From: an uncultured Luminiphilus sp.
GTDB lineage: Bacteria; Pseudomonadota; Gammaproteobacteria; Pseudomonadales; Halieaceae
Length of the DNA stretch: 64,000 nt
Direction of reading: 5' to 3'
Assembly: GCA_963926105.1 (NCBI GenBank)
Contig: CAWUVW010000008.1
Location: 867 to 64,866, forward strand
In this document: positions 28,950 through 37,202 of the stretch, piece after piece
How positions within the stretch are numbered: position 1 is the first letter of the stretch
Layout of the letters: every line of letters starts with the position of its first letter
The notes under the pieces: generated by a model
Told to the model about the DNA's origin: nothing
The model's input: only the letters and a program-made list of their open reading frames with translations
Databases searched by the model: none
Program-made: the position numbers and the translations under genes

Positions 28950-29906
28950 GTGAAAAATCATTCTTTGCAACAACTTGAACAATGGCTTGATAGTCAAATT
29001 ATTGGCCAAAGAGATCTCATTCAAAAACTACTCATTGCGCTTCTTGCGGATGGACACCTTCTAGTAGAAGGTGCACCGGGCCTTGCAAAAACCCGCGCAA
29101 TTAATCAGATGGCAGAGGGCATTGAAGGCAGTTTTCACCGCATTCAATTCACCCCTGACCTGCTGCCGGGCGACATCACAGGTACCGATATATTTCGTCC
29201 ACAACAAGGCAATTTCGAATTTCAGCAAGGCCCAATATTCAACAACTTGATCTTGGCAGACGAAATTAACCGCGCCCCTGCCAAGGTGCAGTCTGCACTC
29301 CTTGAGGCTATGGCCGAGCGCCAAGTCAGTATCGGTACACGGACATATCCGCTACCGGAACTTTTTTTAGTGATGGCGACCCAGAACCCCATTGAACAAG
29401 AAGGCACTTATCCGCTTCCAGAAGCGCAACTCGATCGTTTTTTGATGCAGGTTGATGTCTCTTATCCCGATGCCATAGCGGAGGCCGCCATTTTACGGTT
29501 GGCACGCAGTGAAGCGAGTGGGAATAACAATGACAAGCCGGAGGTCATACCACAGGCAGCCATTTTTGCTGCTCGCCAAGAGATACTCGGGCTCCATATG
29601 GCACCTGCAGTTGAGGAATATCTGGTGCAATTGGTCATCGCTACACGCCAACCGAGCGCCTATGACGCAGAGCTAGCCGATTGGATAGAGTTCGGCGCCA
29701 GTCCGAGGGCGACTATCGCCATTGATCGCTGTGCTCGTGCCAATGCTTGGCTCAATGGTCGTGACTATGTGACCCCCGATGATATCCAGGCAGTTGCTAT
29801 GGACTGTCTCAAACATCGCTTAATTATTGGTTTTGAAGCCGAAGCGGCGGGTATCACCAGCGCTAAGGCTGTCGAGCGCTTATTAGCACGTGTCCCCGTC
29901 GCCTGA
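28950..29906 (+). CDS. MoxR-family AAA+ ATPase
   Basis: 318 aa with a GTG start. Walker A GAPGLAKT, Walker B LILADEINRA and the QNPIEQEGTYPLPEAQLDRF sensor region. Confidence 0.9.
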   Translation: MKNHSLQQLEQWLDSQIIGQRDLIQKLLIALLADGHLLVEGAPGLAKTRAINQMAEGIEGSFHRIQFTPDLLPGDITGTDIFRPQQGNFEFQQGPIFNNLILADEINRAPAKVQSALLEAMAERQVSIGTRTYPLPELFLVMATQNPIEQEGTYPLPEAQLDRFLMQVDVSYPDAIAEAAILRLARSEASGNNNDKPEVIPQAAIFAARQEILGLHMAPAVEEYLVQLVIATRQPSAYDAELADWIEFGASPRATIAIDRCARANAWLNGRDYVTPDDIQAVAMDCLKHRLIIGFEAEAAGITSAKAVERLLARVPVA

Positions 29907-30843
29907 TCGTATGCAGTCGACTCTGGAGCACATTCCTCACGGCCCTATGGTCGAGGCATCATCGCTGATTGCCACGCGTTTTGCCGCGCGATTTATTAAT
30001 CCAGCCGCAAAATCCAAAGCACTGGCAAATTTAGCCGGCGCGAAGCGCTCCAGACAGCGAGGTCGTGGCGTGGAATTTGACGAGGTGCGTCAATACGCAC
30101 CAGGAGACGACGTCCGCGCCATTGACTGGCGGGTCACGGCTAGATCGGGTGAAGCACACACCAAACTATTTCATGAAGAACGCGAAAGGCCAGTATTAGT
30201 TGCCGTTGATCAACGTAGTGGCATGAAATTTGGTTCGCGCAACTGCTTCAAATCGGTGATGGCGGCCGAAGTGGCCTCATTACTATTGTGGGCAGCACTC
30301 GATCGCGGTGAGCGAATTGGCGGTATGGTCTTTGACGACAATAATTATCGGGACGTTCGCCCGCAGCGGGCAAAAACTGCTGTGTTGTCGATGATCCGCG
30401 AGTTGGTGGCTTTTGGCGGTGCAACGCCAGGTGAGCCAACTGATGGTTCTCTCTCCCTCGCTGAAACATTAAGTAAATTACGCCGGATCACACGTTCAGG
30501 TGCGACGGTCTTCGTGATCAGTGATTTCAACGATGCGCTGGAACCCGAGGCTATCGATGCACTAACCAGTATTACGCGCCAGGCACAAGTCGTCGGCATT
30601 CGTATTAGTGACATCTTAGAACGCGACCTTCCCAGCGCCGGCCAATACGTTGTCACCGATAGTCGTAGCCGTTTTAGCCTAAACACTTACGATACTAGGC
30701 TAAAAGCGCAGTATCAGCAGCAAGCGCTGGAAGCAGAAACACATTTACAGCAGGCTTATCGGCGACTGAGGGTACCTCTACTCAATATCAGCACCGAAGA
30801 CCCTCCACTCGTCGCGTTACAGCGCATTTTCCCAAGCCGATGA
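29890..30843 (+). CDS. DUF58 (vWA-like) protein
   Basis: 317 aa. YAPGDDVRAIDWRVTARSGE is the DUF58 signature. The start may be ATG 29911 instead of the overlapping GTG. Confidence 0.85.
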   Translation: MSPSPDRMQSTLEHIPHGPMVEASSLIATRFAARFINPAAKSKALANLAGAKRSRQRGRGVEFDEVRQYAPGDDVRAIDWRVTARSGEAHTKLFHEERERPVLVAVDQRSGMKFGSRNCFKSVMAAEVASLLLWAALDRGERIGGMVFDDNNYRDVRPQRAKTAVLSMIRELVAFGGATPGEPTDGSLSLAETLSKLRRITRSGATVFVISDFNDALEPEAIDALTSITRQAQVVGIRISDILERDLPSAGQYVVTDSRSRFSLNTYDTRLKAQYQQQALEAETHLQQAYRRLRVPLLNISTEDPPLVALQRIFPSR

Positions 30844-31298
30844 ATCCACAGGACTTGCAACAACAACTCGCACCCCTACGTTTACCCGAGGCTGTTTCGT
30901 GGTGGCCTCTGGCAGTCGGCTGGTGGGTTTTACTTGTCCTGCTTTGCGGGTTAATCCTGTTTGCGATGCGCCTCTGGCTGCGTAACCGTCGTCGTAAACA
31001 GCATCGTCGTCTGGCCCTAAAGAGGCTTGATCAACTTATTCAAAGCGAAGAAAATACCTCGGCTGCGCTCAATCGCCTTTTAAAAACACTCGTTATGTGC
31101 GAGTTTCCTGCCGAGCAAGTGGCCGCGCTAAATGGTACCGCTTGGCTCGAATTTTTAGCGCAACATTGCCCCAAAGTTTCAGCGGAAGAGCTCGCACCAC
31201 TCGCAGAGTGCTATCGTCCTAGCGCCGAATCCCTCGACCTAAAATTGACTGAGGTAACGAAGCAATGGATCAAACACCATGAGGTGAGTGATGTTTAG
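30840..31298 (+). CDS. DUF4381-like single-TM protein
   Basis: 152 aa. WWPLAVGWWVLLVLLCGLILF is followed by a basic stretch. ATGA start/stop overlap with DUF58. This is the usual position in MoxR/Bat operons. Confidence 0.65.
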   Translation: MNPQDLQQQLAPLRLPEAVSWWPLAVGWWVLLVLLCGLILFAMRLWLRNRRRKQHRRLALKRLDQLIQSEENTSAALNRLLKTLVMCEFPAEQVAALNGTAWLEFLAQHCPKVSAEELAPLAECYRPSAESLDLKLTEVTKQWIKHHEVSDV

Positions 31299-32289
31299 CT
31301 TTCTGTGGCCATGGCTATTTATCTTATTACCCATACCTTTGGTGATGCGATGGCTAACACCTGCTTCCGATAACCAGGTGGCCGCCATTCGCGCACCCTT
31401 TGCCAGCCGCTGGCGCGCCCTAGGTGAGCAACAAGGGCTAGGCAACAGCAATAACTTAATCAAGACGCTATTGATTTGGCTGATCTGGCTGCTACTGCTT
31501 TGCGGCGCCTCTCGACCACAATGGACCGGGGAGCCCATCGAACTCCCCAACAGCGGTCGCGATCTTATGCTTGCGATCGACTTATCAGGCAGTATGCAAA
31601 TTGAAGACATGCAAATCGGCAGCACGCTGCTATCTAGGATCGAAGCAGTTAAAGCGATTGCCTCCGATTTTACAGCGCGGCGCGCAGGAGATCGGGTTGG
31701 CCTGATATTATTTGGTACTAGAGCCTACGTACAGGCTCCGCTCACATTTGATGTGAGCACTGTGACGCAATTTATTCGCGAAGCACAATTAGGATTCGCT
31801 GGGGAAGACACTGCGATTGGCGATGCCCTTGGTTTAGCCATAAAACGCCTTCGCGACCGACCCGCTGAATCACGGGTCTTGATACTGCTCACCGACGGAC
31901 AAGACACCGCGAGTACCGTCGATCCGATGGAGGCCGCAGCCTTAGCATCGGAACTCGGTGTAAAGGTATATACCATTGGAATAAGTCGTCGCATTGGCAG
32001 TCGTGCAAGCAATTCAGGCGAAGTGGACGAGGCATTATTAAACGCCATTGCCAAGGCTACGGGCGGACAATACTTCCGCGCCCGAAACCCTGCTGAGCTA
32101 CAATCTATTTATCAGGTTGTCGACGAACTTGAACCTATTGAACAAGCCAAAACCACCTTTAGGCCGGTGAGATCACTGACCTGGATCCCGGTCTCTGGCG
32201 CGCTATTACTGGCTGCCTTATTGGTCATTGCCCAAAACCTAGTCAATCTGACTCGATCGCGATTTCTAGGGGCTTCTAGTGCTGATTAA
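31288..32289 (+). CDS. VWA-domain membrane protein (BatA-like)
   Basis: 333 aa. MIDAS DLSGSM, then ILLTDGQDT, with N- and C-terminal TM helices. Confidence 0.85.
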   Translation: MMFSFLWPWLFILLPIPLVMRWLTPASDNQVAAIRAPFASRWRALGEQQGLGNSNNLIKTLLIWLIWLLLLCGASRPQWTGEPIELPNSGRDLMLAIDLSGSMQIEDMQIGSTLLSRIEAVKAIASDFTARRAGDRVGLILFGTRAYVQAPLTFDVSTVTQFIREAQLGFAGEDTAIGDALGLAIKRLRDRPAESRVLILLTDGQDTASTVDPMEAAALASELGVKVYTIGISRRIGSRASNSGEVDEALLNAIAKATGGQYFRARNPAELQSIYQVVDELEPIEQAKTTFRPVRSLTWIPVSGALLLAALLVIAQNLVNLTRSRFLGASSAD

Positions 32290-34153
32290 CCCTATTCACT
32301 GGCTGCGGCCCGAAGCGCTATGGCTGCTATCACTGGTGCCAGTCATCGGCATCCTTTTTTGGCGTCAACAGCGTGGCAGTGGCAGCTGGAGCAAAGTCAT
32401 TGACCCAATTCTATTACCCCACATACTCACAGCTGGAGCCACTCAGTCTAAGCGCTGGCGCTGGATCGGGCCCGTCGCTTTGTTTTGCTTGGCCATTTTT
32501 AGTATCGCCGGACCCAGTATCAGCAAGATTAACGTGCCTGTCTTTCAGCGCGCCGACGCCCTTGTCATCGTACTAGATCTCAGTGCCTCGATGGCCGCCG
32601 CAGACACTCAACCTTCACGAGTACAGCGCGCGCAGCAAAAAATTCGTGACGTATTAGCGACGCGCACCGAAGGTGTCACAGGACTGGTGGCATTCGCTGG
32701 TGATGCACATGTCGTGACACCGCTGACTGACGACACGGCAACTATTGCCAATCTTTTACCCGCACTTACCCCCGATATCATGCCCATACCCGGTGCCGAT
32801 GCGAGCGCTGCGTTGGTGATGGCGAGTGACCTGCTGACCGCAGCGGGACTAACCAACGGACATATATTGTTGATTACCGACGGCCTTCCGAAATTCAGAA
32901 GCAATCTGGTACGCGACGCACTGAGTAGCGCTGGAGCTCGCCTTTCGATTTTGGGGGTTGGCACGGCGACTGGTGCGCCTATCCCACTCGCTGACGGTGG
33001 ATTTTTACGAGACAACAAGGGTGAAATCGTTGTGCCGCGCCTCAATACTGTGCAATTGCAGGCGATTGCAAACGAGCTCAATGGCCAGTACGTCGGGATC
33101 ACTCTGGATGATAATGATGTAAACCGTGTTACCCAGCTGGATATTTTTGATGCGCGTGGCGAGGTGTCCATTGAACGCAAGACCGATACCTGGCGCGATG
33201 AAGGACACTGGTTGGCACTCCTTGTTGGGATTGGCATGCTGCCACTATTTCGTCGTGGTGCGCTCGCAGTGCTGCTGCTGGGTTTACTACCACTGCTGAA
33301 TCCAATGCAAATACAGGCACAGACACAGACACAGACACAGACACAAGAATCGACATCGGCAGATGTCTGGCGAAATCTATGGCTAACTCCTGATCAACAA
33401 GGTGCGCAGAGACTCGAACAAGGTGACCCCACGGCAGCCGCTCTCTACTTTGAAACCCCGCAATGGCGTGGTACTGCGTTTATGGAAGCGGGTGACTATC
33501 CTGAGGCCGTTGCGTCTTTTAGTGAAGTGAGCAGCGCCGACGGCCTATATAACTTGGGTAACGCCAAAGCGCTCACTGGAGATTTACCCGGGGCGCTATC
33601 GGCCTACGATCAATCCCTCGCACTAGCCCCTGACCGTGAAGATGCGCTGCGCAATCGGGCACTGATTGAATCACTGCTAGAGCAACAACAACAGCAGCAG
33701 TCAGATAGCGATGAAAACGGTGAGCGCGACAACGAGGATACGCAAAGCGATAACGATAACGAGACCGAGAGCAACGGCGGCCAGCAAGACCCACAGCAGA
33801 ATCAACAAGACCAGCAATCCCAAAGTGACTCAGAGGGCAATAATGATCCCAGTCAAGGGTCACCCGATGACGCTCCCCCCGAAAATGGTAGCAGCTCACA
33901 GAGTAGTGACAATCCGCAACAGTCGGCCGAAGATCAGCAAGCTATGCGTGAAGAATTGTCCGAGGCACTTGAAAATGCGACAGACGCACAAATGAGTAAG
34001 TTCGACCAAGCGCTCGAGAAACAGCAAGCCCTAGAGCAATGGCTGCGGCGAGTGCCCGATGACCCAGGTGGACTCATGCGACGTAAATTTCGCTACGAGA
34101 GCCTACAAAAATTGAGGAGTGGTGATGAACCCGATGAAGATGTTCGCTGGTAA
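32279..34153 (+). CDS. VWA + TPR protein (BatB/BatC-like) with acidic Q/D/E/S-rich tail
   Basis: 624 aa. Motifs LDLSASM and ILLITDG, TPR units (YNLGNAKALTGDLPGALSAYDQSLALAP), then a low-complexity tail of about 100 aa (QQQQQQSDSDENGERDNEDTQSDNDNE...). Confidence 0.8.
   Translation: MLINPIHWLRPEALWLLSLVPVIGILFWRQQRGSGSWSKVIDPILLPHILTAGATQSKRWRWIGPVALFCLAIFSIAGPSISKINVPVFQRADALVIVLDLSASMAAADTQPSRVQRAQQKIRDVLATRTEGVTGLVAFAGDAHVVTPLTDDTATIANLLPALTPDIMPIPGADASAALVMASDLLTAAGLTNGHILLITDGLPKFRSNLVRDALSSAGARLSILGVGTATGAPIPLADGGFLRDNKGEIVVPRLNTVQLQAIANELNGQYVGITLDDNDVNRVTQLDIFDARGEVSIERKTDTWRDEGHWLALLVGIGMLPLFRRGALAVLLLGLLPLLNPMQIQAQTQTQTQTQESTSADVWRNLWLTPDQQGAQRLEQGDPTAAALYFETPQWRGTAFMEAGDYPEAVASFSEVSSADGLYNLGNAKALTGDLPGALSAYDQSLALAPDREDALRNRALIESLLEQQQQQQSDSDENGERDNEDTQSDNDNETESNGGQQDPQQNQQDQQSQSDSEGNNDPSQGSPDDAPPENGSSSQSSDNPQQSAEDQQAMREELSEALENATDAQMSKFDQALEKQQALEQWLRRVPDDPGGLMRRKFRYESLQKLRSGDEPDEDVRW
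33317..33346 (+). repeat. hexanucleotide microsatellite (ACACAG-type, 5 units) encoding QTQTQTQTQ
   Basis: gcacag acacag acacag acacag acacaa, read directly. It is in frame inside the VWA/TPR gene, just after its last TM segment. Confidence 0.9.
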
Positions 34154-35840
34154 TCATTGGGCCAGTTCAGTGCGGCACAGCCTGTGCTATACACTTCTCT
34201 TTTGCGCACTACTTGCCGTACCAACGGCGCATGCGCGGTTGACCACCGAAGCGGACCGCAACGATATTGCATTGGGAGAAACTCTCCGACTCATCATTCG
34301 CGCAGACGACGGTGAGCGCCCCGATGAAATCGACATTTCAGCACTAGATAGTGACTTCGATATTTTACAGCGATCTAGCGCAACCAGCGCAAAACTCATC
34401 AACGGCGCACAAAGTGTCACGCGCACACTCGAACTTGAATTATCACCCAAACGCGATGGCATACTATCCATACCATCATTGTCCGCTGGTGGACTGCGCA
34501 CCACACCTATTGCAATCAAAGTTTCGCCGCAGGTCGCAAGTCCTGTCGGAGATGAGCTCGTTTACTTTACGGCAGAGGTTGACCGCACCGATGTATACGT
34601 ACAGGCTCAACTTTTACTCACCGTGACCTTGCAGCAAGCAATAAGTCTTGATAACCGATCAGTTTCAGATCTCGAAATTGCTAATACATTTGTTAAGCAA
34701 CTCGAACAACGCAGCTTTCAGCGCCGCATCAGCGGAAGACTCTGGCAAGTAACAGAACTCCGCTACGCTGTATTTCCGGAGCAAAGCGGCAGTTTTGAAA
34801 TCCCCAGCATGAGCTTTTCTGGACGTGAAATCCTCCCCGGCCGTTCGCTGCTTGGCGCCCGACTGGGGAGGCGGATCGCAATCGATACCAATCCAATTAA
34901 AATCACTGTCAAACCCGTTCCAGGAAATTTCCCAGGGAAAGTTTGGCTACCTGCAAAACAACTGACATTAAATGAAAGCTGGTCGAGCGCACCGGAGAAT
35001 CTCAGCATCGGCGACTCCACCACCCGCGTATTGCAAGTAGAAGCACTGGGACTACTCAGTAGTCAGCTTCCGCCCATCACCAGTACCGATAGCAGCAATA
35101 CTTTAACGGGCATTCGTTTTTATCCCGATCAAGAAACACTAGATGATAAAGAAGCGGGATCGGAGATCTCGAGCAGCAGACTACAAAGTGAGGCTGTGGT
35201 TACCACAACATCTGGTGACTGGCAGCTTCCTGCGCTATCCATACCTTGGTGGAACACTGAAACCGACACCCTCGAATACGCGCAATTGCCCCGTAGGGCA
35301 ATCCGCGTTGCCGCACCGATAACCGCGCAACAGCTATCGCCAGTAGCGCCAGTAACGGTGGTGGAATCCAGTACCTCCATGCCTATGTTATTGATGCTAA
35401 TTGCCGCTTGCGGATGGCTATGTGCAGCCATCCTGGCCTACCTACTCTGGGATAGGAAGCGCAAGGGTATTTCGGTGGTGACCCATACCAAAGCCCCGAC
35501 TGACCCCACTCGGGTCACTGCGGCTCTAGTGGCCTTGCGTTTAGCCTGCGAACACAATAATGGCAGCGCAACAAGAAGTGCATTGATTAATTGGGCCAAG
35601 CTACATTTCCAGTTGCATGACAAACCGACTATTCAGCGCGTTAGATTATTGGCCTCGCCAGCGCTGAGCACTGCAATAGATGACCTTGATCGCGCGCTCT
35701 TTTCTGAGTCAGATCAACTATGGCAAGGACAACCCCTATTCGCCGCAGCCAGAGATCATGCGCCGGCATCAGACTCTGAAAACACATCACCGCAGTGGCA
35801 GTTATACCCGACGAGCAGTGATCCTATGTCTGATGCTTAG
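34125..35840 (+). CDS. BatD-family protein
   Basis: About 571 aa. ATG 34125 lies 6 nt after GAGGAG. There is a signal peptide, beta-rich repeats, one C-terminal TM (MLLMLIAACGWLCAAILAYLLW) and the expected position after the VWA genes. Confidence 0.75.
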   Translation: MNPMKMFAGNHWASSVRHSLCYTLLFCALLAVPTAHARLTTEADRNDIALGETLRLIIRADDGERPDEIDISALDSDFDILQRSSATSAKLINGAQSVTRTLELELSPKRDGILSIPSLSAGGLRTTPIAIKVSPQVASPVGDELVYFTAEVDRTDVYVQAQLLLTVTLQQAISLDNRSVSDLEIANTFVKQLEQRSFQRRISGRLWQVTELRYAVFPEQSGSFEIPSMSFSGREILPGRSLLGARLGRRIAIDTNPIKITVKPVPGNFPGKVWLPAKQLTLNESWSSAPENLSIGDSTTRVLQVEALGLLSSQLPPITSTDSSNTLTGIRFYPDQETLDDKEAGSEISSSRLQSEAVVTTTSGDWQLPALSIPWWNTETDTLEYAQLPRRAIRVAAPITAQQLSPVAPVTVVESSTSMPMLLMLIAACGWLCAAILAYLLWDRKRKGISVVTHTKAPTDPTRVTAALVALRLACEHNNGSATRSALINWAKLHFQLHDKPTIQRVRLLASPALSTAIDDLDRALFSESDQLWQGQPLFAAARDHAPASDSENTSPQWQLYPTSSDPMSDA

Positions 35841-35915
35841 AAGTTTTTATCGACACCACGCACATAAGAGACCAACCTAGGTTAATATTGATCTACTGAA
35901 AATGAGATAACCCGT

Positions 35916-37001
35916 ATGAAGTTGCTTTTGGCGGAAGATGACCCGCAGGTAAGGGCAGAACTATGTGAATTACTTGCGTCAGAAAACTACGATGTGGTCG
36001 CGGCAGTCGACGGCATAGATGCCTATGAGAAATTTCAACAAGATCGTACGATCGAGCTCATGTTACTCGATATCCGCATGCCTCGATGTACTGGCTTACA
36101 AACGTTAGAAGCCATTGGGAGAACTCAAGATAAAGAAAAGCGCATTTTCGAAACTATTTTTATTACCGGCAATAACGATAACGATTCGATAGTCACTGCT
36201 TTGAAGTTAGGTGCATTCGGGTTTTTATTCAAACCTGTGATTATTGAGCAGCTGCTGAAAGATTTAGTGAGCGCACATGATCGTGTCAATAGTCGACGCT
36301 ACCGGCAATTCCAGAGTGAAACACTAGAGACAAAAGTCGCAGACTCCAGCAACAAAATTGAACGTCTCACTAATGCTTTCAGTTCAGGCGTTGGAAGCGC
36401 CATAGAACTCCTCGCCATCAGCGCCGAAAACTACCTTCCAGGCGTCGACATGCACATCAACCGTATTGGTGAAATGTCGGCTTGCTTGGGTGCCCGTATG
36501 GAGCTGACCACCCAGGAATGCCAGAATTTGCGCTTAGCAAGTATGCTTCACGACGTCGGCAAGCTCAAAGGCCCTGAAACAATCTACCGTGAAGAGCGCG
36601 AACTTACCGCAGAAGAGATTGAGCAAACCAAAGATCACACACTGCTTGGGCAAAATTTTCTCAGCCATTCAGATGACCCAATAATGGCACTAGCAGCGAC
36701 CATTTGTGCACAGCACCACGAAAAATGGGACGGCAGTGGGTATCCGAATCAGCTTGCAGGGGACGAAATTGCGCTCGAAGCGGCCATCGTTCATGTGCTA
36801 GACGTTTACGATAACTTAAGAACGGAGCGTGTCTATCGTAAAGCGAAAACCCATGCTGAAGCAGTCGATGCCATCGTGAATGGCGATATAAAATCGTCAC
36901 CAGATCACTTCCATCCAGATGTGTTACAAGCGCTGCTTGTCAAACACCGCGACATCGAAGCTATCTATGAGCGCTATCGCCCAGCGCTTATTGCTCGCTA
37001 A
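35916..37001 (+). CDS. response regulator with HD-GYP phosphodiesterase domain (RpfG-type)
   Basis: 361 aa. REC domain (LLAEDDP...LLDIRMP), then HDVGK and HHEKWDGSGYP motifs. Confidence 0.85.
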   Translation: MKLLLAEDDPQVRAELCELLASENYDVVAAVDGIDAYEKFQQDRTIELMLLDIRMPRCTGLQTLEAIGRTQDKEKRIFETIFITGNNDNDSIVTALKLGAFGFLFKPVIIEQLLKDLVSAHDRVNSRRYRQFQSETLETKVADSSNKIERLTNAFSSGVGSAIELLAISAENYLPGVDMHINRIGEMSACLGARMELTTQECQNLRLASMLHDVGKLKGPETIYREERELTAEEIEQTKDHTLLGQNFLSHSDDPIMALAATICAQHHEKWDGSGYPNQLAGDEIALEAAIVHVLDVYDNLRTERVYRKAKTHAEAVDAIVNGDIKSSPDHFHPDVLQALLVKHRDIEAIYERYRPALIAR

Positions 37002-37202
37002 CCCTAACCTCAGACTCTCATCATTCATGATTTATTGCGTGTTTGAACGCTTTTAATCGAAAGACTACTCATCGACCCCGGCGCAGCCATTAATGTCGCT
37101 CGAGCGCTGCCTGCAGAGCAGCTCGCGATAAAGCATTGAAAACAAGAGGCGTTAGCCATAGTTACATTTAACGCACGGCCAAATCGCTCAGCTCGATATA
37201 CA

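Noticed and set aside
33317-33346. Possibility that the ACACAG repeat is a CRISPR array or a phase-variation switch
   Set aside because: It has only five 6-nt units with no spacers and lies in frame within a gene. Unit changes would not switch the gene off.
32608-33995. Several 75-209-aa ORFs overlapping the VWA/TPR gene on both strands
   Set aside because: They are generated by the GC-rich and low-complexity coding sequence. No motifs, and they are nested in a supported CDS.
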